Positions 20,354 to 31,085 of a stretch of DNA of 64,000 bases are shown piece by piece. This DNA is from Muribaculaceae bacterium. Lineage in GTDB: Bacteria; Bacteroidota; Bacteroidia; Bacteroidales; Muribaculaceae. The position numbers and the translations under genes are program-made. Under the pieces are notes generated by a model, which searched no databases, had not been told where the DNA came from, and saw only the letters and a list, made by a program, of their open reading frames with translations. The stretch covers positions 10,772 to 74,771 of the forward strand of contig JAFSPZ010000025.1 in NCBI GenBank assembly GCA_017451225.1, in the 5' to 3' direction. Positions within the stretch are counted from its first letter, which is position 1. The number at the start of each line of letters is the position of its first letter.

Positions 20354-21233
20354 TTATTTCGACATCGCAATGCGGAAGCCCAAATCCTGTTTACTATAAT
20401 TCCAACTATTTCTATATGATACACGGCATTGATAGGCGGTGCTATTGTAGTTGCCACCGCGATAAATGTGTTCAGAACCACTTGCTGGGCCTGTGGGATT
20501 AGTTTGAGGCTCAGAAGGATAGGTGTCACCATAACTAAAATAATCATACACCCACTCATCAACATTACCGCTCATGTCATATAAACCCAATTCATTAGGG
20601 TTTTTTTGAGCCACAATATGAGTTTTATGGTCGGTAACGGTTGTTTTATACCATGCTACTTCATCAACATTGTTACTGCCACTATACTTGTAGCCCTTGC
20701 TCTTCTTTCCACCACGAGCGGCATATTCCCACTCAGCCTCGGTCAATAGACGGAAATTCTGACCTGTGAATTGGTTCAACTTTGTGATAAACTCCTGACA
20801 TTCACTCCATGACACGCTCTCAACAGGCAAATTCAAATCACCTTGATGCGAACTTGGCCTTGTTCCCATTACAGCAAGCCACAATCCCTGCGTAACCTCG
20901 GTTTGACCTATGGCAAAATTACTCAATGTAACTTGATGAACAGGCATTTCGGTAGAAGCCACATCAGTTCCTTGCTCGATTGTGCCGCCCATGTTGAATG
21001 TGCCGCCCTGAACGTCAACCATCTTGAACTCCACGCCATTAACAGAATAGGTTGTAATACCAGGCTCATCTCCGCTGAGCATGATGTTGTAAAGAATGGT
21101 AACATCAACCGACGATACTATTCCATCGCCATTAACATCGCCGTAAACTGTGTTATTGTCATCGGCATTGGCCATCGCACTCACTCCCATCATAAGGAGC
21201 AAAAAAAACAGCAGGTAATAATTTCTTTTTCAT
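20354..21233 (-). CDS. FGE-sulfatase (SUMF1/CLec-fold) protein with one dockerin-like repeat; signal peptide frameshifted in a T8 tract
   Basis: YGDVNGDGIVSSVDVTILYN; GGTFNMG, TEVTQ, RLLTEAEWEYAARGG, PNELGLYDMSGNV.EW, LGFR. The ATG at 21233 (MKKKLLPAVF) is out of frame by one base with the ORF starting at 21202. Confidence 0.85.
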
Positions 21234-21281
21234 GTTTTTGTTTTTTAAAAATACTATTAATATTTGGTTTTTATCACTTTA

Positions 21282-21683
21282 TCACTTCATCACGTTCTTG
21301 CCGTGTTGCTGCCAGGCAATGATGCCGCCATCGAGGTTGATGACGGTATATCCGTTCTTTGCCAGCTTGCTTGCGGCAGTCGCGCTGCGGCGACCACTGC
21401 GGCAATAAATGGCTATTGGCTTGTCTTTCACCAACTCAGCATCTACTTGCTGCATGAAATTGGAGTTGCGCATGTTGATGATGTGGGCACCAGGAATGTG
21501 ACCCTCGTCATATTCGTCCTGACCGCGCACGTCAAGAAGCTGGACGCCTGCCGTATCGGCAATAGTGCGTTCAAACTCGTCAACCCCAACTGTGGTGAAA
21601 CCATCGTCTTTTCCTTGATTGAAAGCACATGCAGCTACTGCTACAACAGCCACTAGTAACAATACTAATAACAACTTGTTCAT
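21282..21683 (-). CDS. Rhodanese-like lipoprotein
   Basis: LLDVR..EY..GHIPGA, YCRSGRRS, LDGGIIAW. Confidence 0.9.
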   Translation of the reverse strand: MNKLLLVLLLVAVVAVAACAFNQGKDDGFTTVGVDEFERTIADTAGVQLLDVRGQDEYDEGHIPGAHIINMRNSNFMQQVDAELVKDKPIAIYCRSGRRSATAASKLAKNGYTVINLDGGIIAWQQHGKNVMK

Positions 21684-22090
21684 TATCCTAAAATTTTGTT
21701 AAGTGTATCAAATATCTCTTCCTCTTTCTCGTAGGGATAAATCTTGAAATAGCTGTTGCCGGTGAGCATCGCCGAGAGCTGGCACTTCTTGCTGTTGTAG
21801 AATATGTGCACAGGCTTGCCCAAGTGCTCAGCATAAGCAAGCTCGTAGCCCACACCCAGCGAGGGACAAGTGCACTCGGCAACCAGCAGGTCGCTCTCAC
21901 GCAGCCATGCTGTGTCTTGGTTATAGATGCGCGCATCGCCGTCACGCCCCTGCTCCTCGAGGCACAACTTGCTGCTGCCCACATGCTCGGTGAGCACCTT
22001 GTTGTTCAAGCTCATAAAGTCAATCATGCGACGGTATAGCGACGCATCGACTCTGCCCCCACGTATCGATCCTGCAAAATAAATTTTCAT
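21683..22090 (-). CDS. Nucleoside 2-deoxyribosyltransferase / DNPH1(Rcl)-like N-glycosidase
   Basis: MKIYFAGSIRGGR, VLTEH, D..WL..SD, SLGVGYEL, LSAM; start taken at ATG 22090. Confidence 0.88.
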   Translation of the reverse strand: MKIYFAGSIRGGRVDASLYRRMIDFMSLNNKVLTEHVGSSKLCLEEQGRDGDARIYNQDTAWLRESDLLVAECTCPSLGVGYELAYAEHLGKPVHIFYNSKKCQLSAMLTGNSYFKIYPYEKEEEIFDTLNKILG

Positions 22091-22258
22091 GTTTATAGCT
22101 GTCGTAATATTAATCAAAGAACATAATGCAAAATTAAGAATTATTTTCTTTTCAACGCGAAGCGACCAGCATTTTTTCCTCATTTCAATGCAAAACCTTA
22201 CTATTTTGGATAAAAAGCACTACCTTTGCAAACTCTAAAAGAGGGAGAGGAAAGTAAT

Positions 22259-23764
22259 ATGATTTCGGCTACACACATAACAGGGGTTCTGCTCACAGTC
22301 ATGCTGCTTGTGATGGTTAGCTGGCTGTCGGGACGAAACGTCAAGGACGAGCGCAGTTTCACTACAGGCGGAACAGCCGGCAGCTGGATGGTGTGCGGAG
22401 CATTCCTTACCACTCTTGCCGGTGGCCAATCGACTGTGGGCACAGCACAATTGGCGTTCAGTTACGGCCTCTCTGCATGGTGGTTCACGCTTGGTGCAGC
22501 GCTCGGCGGTGTGGTGCTTGCCCTTTTCTATGCCGGACCGTTACGTCGCAGTGGCTGCTCCACATTACTCGAAATCGTGAGGAAGCAATATGGCCGCAAG
22601 GTCGAGACCGTTGGCTCATTGCTCTTCCTGCTTGGAATCTTCATCAGCATCGTTGCTCAAGTACTCACTTCGGGGGCCATGATAGGAAGTCTGTTCAACA
22701 TGTCAATGGCGTGGTCACTGGTTGTGGGCGCCGTGCTCATCATGCTTTTTGTGCTCTTTGGAGGCATTCGCAGCGCTGGAGCCGGAGGAATAATCAAACT
22801 TTTCCTGCTTTATTGCGGTTCGGTGGCTACAGGCATCATTGTGTGGCACATGGCAGGAGGCCACAGCGGCATGAGCGAGGGTTTGAGAAGCATCTATAGC
22901 TCTCCCACCTTGCTAGATATCAACGACTTGGCAAGTGCCGAAGAAATACACCACCGCTATGGGAGCATAGTGTCACGTGGCTTGATGAAAGACCTGGGTG
23001 GCGCACTGTCGATAATTTTGGGTGTGGTGTCAACTCAGACCTATGCGCAGTGCATATGGTCGGGGGCAACCACTGCCAAGGCGCGGCGCGGCGCACTCTA
23101 CTGCACCTTCTTCATACCCATCATTGGTGCAGCTTGCACCCTCGTTGGCATCTACATGCGTGGCCACTATGTCACTGCCGACGAACTTGCCGCCATGCAA
23201 CGAGCTGGCGAGGCACTGCCTGCCGGCATTGGAGTAATTAAGGACTCATCGCAAGCTTTTCCTTCATTTATCATCAACCATCTGCCAGCATGGTTTGGCG
23301 GACTGATGCTCGGCACACTGCTAATCAACATTCTGGGTTGCGGCAGCGGACTATGCCTGGGGGGTGCTACCATTCTGGTGCGTGATGTGCTCGTAAATGC
23401 CCACACACGACTTCGCAAGGGCAAGCAGCCCATTTCACAACTGCTGCAAACACGACTGTCGATAGTGGCGCTGCTGGCACTGGGAGTGGTAGTAGCGCAA
23501 ACGTTCAGTGGCAGTTTCATTAACGACTTGGGCTTCCTGTCATTGGGATTGCGTGCTGTGGCCATTATCTTCCCCTTAAGCTTTGCCCTGTGGTTACCCA
23601 GCAGGTTCTCGTCGCGTGCCGTGCTCTTGTCAATGCCCATAGGCACCATTGCTATGCTTCTTGCCAACTTCCTGTCGCTACCAGGTGGAGCTGTCTACTA
23701 TGGTCTCATTACCTCTCTGCTCACAATCCTCATTACATCTCGCAAGAATAGAACAATCCATTAA
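22259..23764 (+). CDS. Sodium:solute symporter family protein
   Basis: About 13 hydrophobic helices; GGQSTVGTAQLAFSYGLSAWWF and FGGIRSAG motifs. Confidence 0.85.
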   Translation: MISATHITGVLLTVMLLVMVSWLSGRNVKDERSFTTGGTAGSWMVCGAFLTTLAGGQSTVGTAQLAFSYGLSAWWFTLGAALGGVVLALFYAGPLRRSGCSTLLEIVRKQYGRKVETVGSLLFLLGIFISIVAQVLTSGAMIGSLFNMSMAWSLVVGAVLIMLFVLFGGIRSAGAGGIIKLFLLYCGSVATGIIVWHMAGGHSGMSEGLRSIYSSPTLLDINDLASAEEIHHRYGSIVSRGLMKDLGGALSIILGVVSTQTYAQCIWSGATTAKARRGALYCTFFIPIIGAACTLVGIYMRGHYVTADELAAMQRAGEALPAGIGVIKDSSQAFPSFIINHLPAWFGGLMLGTLLINILGCGSGLCLGGATILVRDVLVNAHTRLRKGKQPISQLLQTRLSIVALLALGVVVAQTFSGSFINDLGFLSLGLRAVAIIFPLSFALWLPSRFSSRAVLLSMPIGTIAMLLANFLSLPGGAVYYGLITSLLTILITSRKNRTIH

Positions 23765-23911
23765 GGCAATCACAAAATACTATTACCTTGTTTGCCAAAA
23801 ATTTGCCCTAATTCCATATACAATTACGCAAAAAATCATATCTTTGCAGGAAATAATATAAAACAAATAATCGATTTCTACAGAAATAACAAATTAATCC
23901 TAATTACCGTT

Positions 23912-26203
23912 ATGTTAAAATTCAAAATTATCACATCGCTCACTGCGGCATTATTAGTAAGTTTAGCAACTTTCACAAACTCGGCACAAACTGTCGATGA
24001 GAATAATGAAATCTATCTTACACCTGTAGAGAAAAATGGAAAATATGGCTTCGAAGACTCAGATGAGAACCTTGTTATTCCATGCAAATTTGATGATGCT
24101 GAAAATTTTAGTGAAGGTTTGGCAGCAGTGCGAATGGGTGACGAACAGACTGGCAAATGGGGATTCATTGACAATAATGGAAAAGTTATTATCCCTTTTG
24201 AGTATTATGAAGCTAACGATTTCAATGAAGGCTTTTCGTTAGTAAAGAATGAGAACCATGTATATGTTTTTTTAAACAAAAAAGGCACAGAAATCGTACC
24301 ATGTGAATATTATGATGCAAAAGATTTCAAAGAGGGTTTTGCTGCTGTTAAGAATGATGATGGAAAATGGGGATTTATAAATAGTACAGGCAAAGAAATC
24401 GTACCATACAAATATGATAATGTTTATAGTTTCAACAAAGGCTTTGCTGAAGTAAGAATTGGAAATGAAGAAACTGGCAAATGGGGAGCCATCAACACTA
24501 ATGGTGAGGAAATTGTACCTTGCAAATATGACGGAATTTATGTAGAAAGTGATGGCTTTATAGCTATTAAAACAGGAGACAATGAAGATGGCAAATGGGG
24601 ACTTTACAACACAAACATAGGTCAAGAGGTTGTACCTTGCATATATGACGAAATTAACGTTGAAAGTGAAGGCTTTGCAAAAGTGAGAATTGGAGATTGG
24701 GAAAATGAATGGGGTCTTTTCAACACCAAGACTGGCATAGAAGTCATACCATGCAAATATGATGACGTGAATGTCGAAAATGAAGAATTTGCAACAGTAA
24801 GAATTGGTGATTGGGACAATGGAAAAAGGGGACTTTTCAACACCATTTCAGGCAAAGAGGTCATACCATGCAAATATGATGAAATTAACGTTGAAGGTGA
24901 AGGCTTTGCAAAAGTAAGAATTGGAGATTGGGAAAATGGAAAATGGGGACTTTTCAACATCATTTCAGGCGAAGAGATCGTACCATGTGAATACGACAAT
25001 ATTTATATCTATGACTACAATGAAATCTTAGAAAAAGGATTAGTAAAAATAGGGATTGGAGATTTGATTAATGGCAAAATGGGCCTTTTCAACACCAATA
25101 TTGGCAAAATGGTCGTACCATACGAATATGACGACATTAATATCCTAGAAAATGGATTGGCAATTGCGAGAATGGGAGATTTGACAACTGGTAAATATGG
25201 ACTTTTCAACACCATTACAGGTCAAGAAGTTACACCATGCAAATATGATTATATGAGTTCCTTCAGCGAAGATCTAATAGTTGTAAACATTGGAGATATT
25301 GAGACAGCAAAATATGGCTTATTAAACAATAAAGGTGAAATTATAGTACCATTAAAATATGACTATATCGGTTGGCTACATTCCGAAGGCTTTGATGAAG
25401 TTCTTTTAGATGGCAAATATGGTTTTATCAATCAAAAAGCCGAGCTTGTAATACCTTGCAAATATGATAATGTGAGATTTTTCACCGAAGGCTTAGCTGG
25501 TGTAAAGCTAAATGGAAAATGGGGCTTCATCGATACTTCAGACAATCTTGTTATACCATTTAAATATAATGATGTAAAATCTTTCAAGGAAGGCTTAACT
25601 GTTGTAATGAATGAATATGGTAAATGTGGATATATCAATACTAAAGACGAGTTGGTCGTACCATTTAATTATGATGATGGACTATTATTCAGAAAAGGCT
25701 TAGCCGCTGTAATGGTAAAAGACAAATGGGGCTTTATCAACATTAAAAACGAATTGATTGTGCCATATAAGTATGATGACGTAGACAATATAGATGATGG
25801 TTTGATGGAAGTGTATTATAAAGGTAAATGGGGGCTTTTCGATTCAAACACTGCACGAGAAATTGTACCCTGCAAATATGACAAGTTTGAAGCAATAGAT
25901 GATGAATCTGCATTAGTCATGGCAACTGGCAAGAGAGGAGTTGTCAGCACCATTACTGGAAAAGAAATTTTGCCATGCAAATATGAATATATCAGTGCAT
26001 TAACCGACACAATAGCAAAAGTGGAAATTATAGAAAAAGGAGAAAATAAATATGGAGTTTTTAACATCAATACAGGACAAGAAATCTTATCATGTAAATA
26101 TAACGACATTAGTTATGATGTCGAAAATGGAATAATAGAAGCTTATTCAGGTGACGAATGGTTTTATTTCAACACCAAAGGTGAGCAAGTAGAAAAACCG
26201 TAA
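23912..26203 (+). CDS. WG-repeat exported protein
   Basis: Signal peptide from ATG 23912; many GKWG(F/L).N..G.E..PCKYD / F.EGLA repeats. Confidence 0.9.
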   Translation: MLKFKIITSLTAALLVSLATFTNSAQTVDENNEIYLTPVEKNGKYGFEDSDENLVIPCKFDDAENFSEGLAAVRMGDEQTGKWGFIDNNGKVIIPFEYYEANDFNEGFSLVKNENHVYVFLNKKGTEIVPCEYYDAKDFKEGFAAVKNDDGKWGFINSTGKEIVPYKYDNVYSFNKGFAEVRIGNEETGKWGAINTNGEEIVPCKYDGIYVESDGFIAIKTGDNEDGKWGLYNTNIGQEVVPCIYDEINVESEGFAKVRIGDWENEWGLFNTKTGIEVIPCKYDDVNVENEEFATVRIGDWDNGKRGLFNTISGKEVIPCKYDEINVEGEGFAKVRIGDWENGKWGLFNIISGEEIVPCEYDNIYIYDYNEILEKGLVKIGIGDLINGKMGLFNTNIGKMVVPYEYDDINILENGLAIARMGDLTTGKYGLFNTITGQEVTPCKYDYMSSFSEDLIVVNIGDIETAKYGLLNNKGEIIVPLKYDYIGWLHSEGFDEVLLDGKYGFINQKAELVIPCKYDNVRFFTEGLAGVKLNGKWGFIDTSDNLVIPFKYNDVKSFKEGLTVVMNEYGKCGYINTKDELVVPFNYDDGLLFRKGLAAVMVKDKWGFINIKNELIVPYKYDDVDNIDDGLMEVYYKGKWGLFDSNTAREIVPCKYDKFEAIDDESALVMATGKRGVVSTITGKEILPCKYEYISALTDTIAKVEIIEKGENKYGVFNINTGQEILSCKYNDISYDVENGIIEAYSGDEWFYFNTKGEQVEKP

Positions 26204-26306
26204 GAGAGATAACGATTCGCATAATTTTGATACATTATAATTGATATCAATAGAATATTTTTTGAGAAAAAACACCACAACATTTGTGATAATTAGGTAA
26301 AAGTAG

Positions 26307-26316
26307 TATATTTGCA
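26307..26316 (+). promoter_or_regulatory. Bacteroidetes -7 promoter box
   Basis: TATATTTGCA matches TAnnTTTG and lies immediately before the structured leader. Confidence 0.65.
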
Positions 26317-26320
26317 GCAA

Positions 26321-26575
26321 TTCGAGCAAACTTGAAGAGTCAAGCTCTTGCTTGAAGACATGAGAAAGCGTTTTTGCGTTATCCTTAACTTGAAAATTCG
26401 CCATAATTAATAGCAGAAGGATAAAGCAGTCACAAAGCGCCTTTCGTGAGCCAATATATCATCCCCATTGGCTGGAGCAGTATATGGCATCGCGTGGGGG
26501 ATGACTGTTTATTTCTGCGTGGGTGTTTGGCGATGCCTCAAGTTAAATAAACCAGACAAGTCTCCACGCTATCTT
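26321..26575 (+). ncRNA. Candidate long structured leader RNA, family unassigned
   Basis: 5' hairpin at 26321-26356, then nested stems AGAAAGCGT/ACGCTATCT, TTAACTTGA/TCAAGTTAA, TCGCCA/TGGCGA, GCAGAAGGATAAAGCAGTCA/TGACTGTTTATTTCTGC, AGCCAAT/ATTGGCT. Confidence 0.55.
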
Positions 26576-26637
26576 TTTACACTTACCATTAACGAATTAA
26601 CCTCAATTCGGGAGACTAAAGAGGCGTAAAAAACTAC

Positions 26638-27450
26638 ATGAAGAAAATTATTTTTATTTTAGTACTCTGTCTTCTATCAAGTGCAGTAGTAGCTAACTCA
26701 CAAAGCCGAAAGAAGTCGAGCCAAAAGACCAAGACGACAAAGACCAGTAAGTCTATCAAAACATTTACAGTTAATGGAGTGAAGTTCTCAATGGTTTACG
26801 TTGAAGGCGGAACTTTCACGATGGGATACCCCGACAACAGCAGCAAGGACTTTGAGTGGGCGAAACCTGCTCATAAGGTTACTGTTTCATCCTTTTACAT
26901 CGCACAGACCGAGGTGACACAAGGTCTGTGGAAAGCGGTTATGGGTAGCTTCCCCGAAGAATGGGAATGGGAAGGGTCTAAACGACCTGTAATCTTCAAT
27001 GGAGAGGAAGACTGGGATCTTTGCCAAAGATTTATTCGCAAGCTTAACCAGAAGACCGGTATGCATTTCCGTTTGCCCACTGAGGCCGAATGGGAATATG
27101 CCGCGCGTGGTGGCAAGAACAGTAAAGGTTACAAATACTGCGGTAGTAATAACATAGACGAAGTGGCCTGGATTGACACTAACAGCGAAGAGAAATCACA
27201 TGATGTGGCTACCAAGCTGCCCAACGAACTCGAACTGTACGACATGAGCGGCAATGTAGGAGAATGGTGTAGCGACTGGTGGGGCGACTATACCAGTACA
27301 CCACAGACCAATCCTAAGGGAGCCGCTAAATCAACCAATGAGCACGTGGTTAGAGGCGGTGATTTCTACAGTGGTGGTGGTGAAGTATGGGATCGTGGCA
27401 TTTTTGACGAGGCCATTGGTACACCTGTCGGACTACGACTCTCAATGTGA
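26638..27450 (+). CDS. FGE-sulfatase (SUMF1/CLec-fold) exported protein
   Basis: Signal peptide, Lys/Ser-rich linker, FRLPTEAEWEYAARGG, YDMSGNVGEW, RGG. Confidence 0.9.
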   Translation: MKKIIFILVLCLLSSAVVANSQSRKKSSQKTKTTKTSKSIKTFTVNGVKFSMVYVEGGTFTMGYPDNSSKDFEWAKPAHKVTVSSFYIAQTEVTQGLWKAVMGSFPEEWEWEGSKRPVIFNGEEDWDLCQRFIRKLNQKTGMHFRLPTEAEWEYAARGGKNSKGYKYCGSNNIDEVAWIDTNSEEKSHDVATKLPNELELYDMSGNVGEWCSDWWGDYTSTPQTNPKGAAKSTNEHVVRGGDFYSGGGEVWDRGIFDEAIGTPVGLRLSM

Positions 27451-27488
27451 TTATCAAAACTTTTAAATAACTCAAAACTTAAGACAAA

Positions 27489-28248
27489 ATGAAAAAACAA
27501 ATTATTTTAACTATTATCGCATTGCTGGCTGTGAGTACTACAGCAATGGCACAGAAAACCGAGACCTTTACTGTTAAAGTGTGTTAAGTTCACAATGGTA
27601 AAAGTAGATGGAGGCACTTTCACTATGGGCGCTACAGAAGAGCAAGGAAGTGATGCTGCCTATGATGAAACCCCTGCACACAAGGTTACTCTTTCATCGT
27701 TCAGCATAGGACAGACCGAAGTGACACAGGAGTTGTGGAAAGCAGTCATGGGGAACAATCCAAGCGAGTTTGTTGGTCCTAAACACCCCGTGGAAAATGT
27801 AAGTTGGGAAGACTGTCAAGAGTTCATCAAAAAAATCAACAAACTGACAGGAAAGCAATTTAGGCTTCCTAGCGAAGCTGAATGGGAGTATGCCGCTCGT
27901 GGAGGCAACCTAAGTCGTGGATATAAGTATGCTGGCAGCAATAATATTAATGAAGTTGCGTGGTATACCGATAATGAAGATGATGAGACCCATAATGTGG
28001 CAGAATTGCGTCCAAATGAACTCGGAATCTATGATATGAGTGGCAACGTTAATGAATGGTGCAACGATCTGTATGAAAAATACAATAGTTCCTCTCAGAC
28101 AAACCCAACAGGTGCAACGGTTGGCTCTACACGTGTAGAACGTGGCGGTGGCTTTAATGACACAGATGATGACTGTCGTGTTTCCACACGTAGCACAGAC
28201 AAAAAAACTAGCAAAGGTGAATATCTTGGCTTTAGACTTGCTCTTTAA
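27489..28248 (+). CDS. FGE-sulfatase (SUMF1/CLec-fold) protein, frameshifted near 27580
   Basis: ATG 27489 gives signal peptide MKKQIILTIIALLAVSTTAMAQKTETFTVK; one extra base precedes VKFTMVKVDGG (ORF 27595-28248: FRLPSEAEWEYAARGG, LGFRLAL). Confidence 0.85.
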
Positions 28249-28276
28249 TATTTATAACTTATAACTTCAGAATAAT

Positions 28277-30961
28277 ATGCAAAACTGCAAAAAAATAGCG
28301 TTGATATTCGCAGCGATACTTGTGAGTGTAACATCTTTCAACAATTATGCACAAACTGTCGATGAGAATAATGAAATCTATCTTTCACCAGTAGAGAAAA
28401 ACGGAAAATGGGGATTCGAAGACTTTGATGAAAACCTTGTTATTCCATGCAAATATGACAATGTTGAAAGTTTTAGCGAAGGCTTGGCAGCTGTAAGAAT
28501 TGGAGATTATGAAACAGGAAAATGGGGGTTCATTGACGTTAAAGGGCGACAGGTTATCCCTTGTAAATATGACATGACCGAATCCTTTTGCAACGGTTTG
28601 GCAGCTGTGAGGATTGGCGATGAGGACACAGGAAAATGGGGATATATCAACCTCAAAGGGCAAATGGTCATCCCTTGCAAATATGACAAGGCCGAATCCT
28701 TTGACCGAAGTATAACTGCTGTAAGGATTGGAGATGAGGAAACAGGAAAATGGGGAGCAATCAACACTAATGGCGAAACAGTCATACCTTGCAAGTACGG
28801 CTATATTTTTGTGGAAAGTGAAGACCTCTCACAATTCATGATTAATGATAAATGGGGGCTTTTAGACATTAAAACTGGACAAGAGTTAGTGCCATGCAAA
28901 TATGACGACATTGATGTAGAGAATGACAGCCTTGCAATAATCAGGATTGGTAACTACGAAACAGGTAAACGCGGGCTTCTTGACATAAAAACTAGTAAAG
29001 AATTTATACCATGCAAATATGACGACATTGATGTAGTAGATGAAAACCTCGCAAAAATCAGGATTGGAGATGAAGAATCTGGAAAATGGGGACTTTTAGA
29101 CATTAAAACCAGGCAAGAGGTCGTGCAGTGCAAGTATGACTTCATTTATGTAGAAAACGAAGACATTGCACAATTCAGGACAGGTGATGAAAAAACTGGT
29201 AAATGGGGGCTTTTAAACATCAAAAACGGGCAAGTGTTCGTACCAAGCAAGTATGACGACATTAGCGGAATAAGTGAAAACCTCGCAAAAATTAGGATTG
29301 GAGATGAAGAATCTGGAAAATGGGGACTTTTAGACTTCAATACAGGTCAAGAGGTCACGCCATGCAAATATGATGGAATATTTTCTTATTTATTAAAAAC
29401 TGATTATTTCAAAATAGAAACGAGAGAAGATGATTCTCTTAAATGTGGACTTCTTGAAATCAGTACTTGTAAAGAAGTTGTCCCATGCAAATATGATGAT
29501 ATTGTTCCTTTAAACAGTGGTATGGCTTGCATTAAGGTTGGCGATGATGAAACAGGAAAGTGGGGATTATTGAACATCGGCACAGGCAAAATAGTGGTAC
29601 CATGCAACTATGACAATGTTGACTATGTTGGAAATGATTTGGCGGCAATCAAGATTGGTGATGAGGACTCTGGAAAATGGGGTTTTTTCAATATTAATAC
29701 TGGTAAAGAGGTCTCACCAAGCAAGTATTATGAGGTGGTCTCTACATGGAGCTTTAGAGATTGTGTTCTAGTAAAAATTGGCAATGATGATAGTGGAAAT
29801 GTCGGATTATTCAATACCATCTCTTGCAAAGAGATTGTGCCATGCAAATATGATGACGTATACCTTTCTAGTGATGAAGGATATGCAGTAATAATAAGAA
29901 GAATTGATGATTATAGAAAAGAAGGACTCTTCGACATCAACGCAGGCAAAGAAGTTGTGCCATGCAACTATGACATCATTAATTTAGAACGTGACGGCTA
30001 TGCCATGGTTAGAATTGGAGATTGGGAAACAGGGAAATGGGGACTTTTCGACACCAAGAACGGCAAAGAAATCCTGCCATGCAAATACGATTATCTTCAT
30101 CTTTTTAATGACAATTTAGTAGGAATTAGAATCGGAGATGGAGAAACAGCAAAATATGGCCTTTTCAATATTAACTTAGGCAAAGAAGTAATACCCTATA
30201 ATTATAACTCAATTGAATTAGCAAGCGATGATATTATAAAAGTCATGATAGGCGATGACGATACAGGCAAGTGGGGGTTAATTGATTCCAATGGCAACAT
30301 TCTTGAACAATGTAAATATGATTATATAGGTGACTTCAATGAAAATTTGGCTGTAGCTGTTCTTAATAAAAAAACTGGCTTTTTGAATACAAAGGGGAAT
30401 TTGGTCATTCCTTGCAAGTATGATGCCGCTGGCATGTTTAGCGAAGGATTAGCACCTGTGATGATTAAAGAAAAATGTGGATTCATCAACAACAAAGATG
30501 AAATTGTTATTCCATGTGAGTATGATTATGCCGGATTATTCAATGAAGGATTAGCTCTTGTTGCTATTGATAACAAAGGTGGATTTATCAACAACAAGGG
30601 GGAACTTGTCATACCATTTAAATACGAACGAGCTGGATCTTTCAACGAAGGTTTAGCACCTGTAATAATCGATGGCAAAGTTGGATTTATCAACATCAAG
30701 GACGAGATGGTTATACCATGCATATATGATAATGCGAGGCCTTTCAAAAATGGCTTGGCCGAAGTTAAGATTGGTGATGAAGAAACGGGAAAGTGGGGCA
30801 TTGTCAACACCAAGGGCGAACAAATTTTGCCATGCAATTATGACTATATCTATGATATCAATAATGGAATAATACAAACTGCGTTAGGCGATGAATATTT
30901 CTATTTCAACACCAATGGTGAGAGTATTGATCCTGAAGAGGCAAAAAAAGTCATGAAATAG
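28277..30961 (+). CDS. WG-repeat exported protein, paralogue of 23912-26203
   Basis: Shared mature N-terminus AQTVDENNEIYL.PVEKNGK.GFED; ~39-aa IRIGDEETGKWG...PCKYD repeats. Confidence 0.9.
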   Translation: MQNCKKIALIFAAILVSVTSFNNYAQTVDENNEIYLSPVEKNGKWGFEDFDENLVIPCKYDNVESFSEGLAAVRIGDYETGKWGFIDVKGRQVIPCKYDMTESFCNGLAAVRIGDEDTGKWGYINLKGQMVIPCKYDKAESFDRSITAVRIGDEETGKWGAINTNGETVIPCKYGYIFVESEDLSQFMINDKWGLLDIKTGQELVPCKYDDIDVENDSLAIIRIGNYETGKRGLLDIKTSKEFIPCKYDDIDVVDENLAKIRIGDEESGKWGLLDIKTRQEVVQCKYDFIYVENEDIAQFRTGDEKTGKWGLLNIKNGQVFVPSKYDDISGISENLAKIRIGDEESGKWGLLDFNTGQEVTPCKYDGIFSYLLKTDYFKIETREDDSLKCGLLEISTCKEVVPCKYDDIVPLNSGMACIKVGDDETGKWGLLNIGTGKIVVPCNYDNVDYVGNDLAAIKIGDEDSGKWGFFNINTGKEVSPSKYYEVVSTWSFRDCVLVKIGNDDSGNVGLFNTISCKEIVPCKYDDVYLSSDEGYAVIIRRIDDYRKEGLFDINAGKEVVPCNYDIINLERDGYAMVRIGDWETGKWGLFDTKNGKEILPCKYDYLHLFNDNLVGIRIGDGETAKYGLFNINLGKEVIPYNYNSIELASDDIIKVMIGDDDTGKWGLIDSNGNILEQCKYDYIGDFNENLAVAVLNKKTGFLNTKGNLVIPCKYDAAGMFSEGLAPVMIKEKCGFINNKDEIVIPCEYDYAGLFNEGLALVAIDNKGGFINNKGELVIPFKYERAGSFNEGLAPVIIDGKVGFINIKDEMVIPCIYDNARPFKNGLAEVKIGDEETGKWGIVNTKGEQILPCNYDYIYDINNGIIQTALGDEYFYFNTNGESIDPEEAKKVMK

Positions 30962-31085
30962 AAGTATAGTTCATTATACAATTGTGACAATCTAATTCAA
31001 GTTTCGTGTAAAAGCGGGACTTGAATTCTTTATAACTGAGAAAAAAATCGTAACTTTGCACGCTGAAATCAAAACACCACAAAAA

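Noticed and set aside
26147-26404. 85-aa minus-strand ORF
   Set aside because: Low-complexity AT-rich translation overlapping a promoter and the WG gene end; no recognisable domain.
20354-28248. Diversity-generating retroelement acting on the three FGE/CLec genes
   Set aside because: No reverse transcriptase, Avd or template repeat matching any C-terminus was seen in the window. Remote targeting cannot be excluded.
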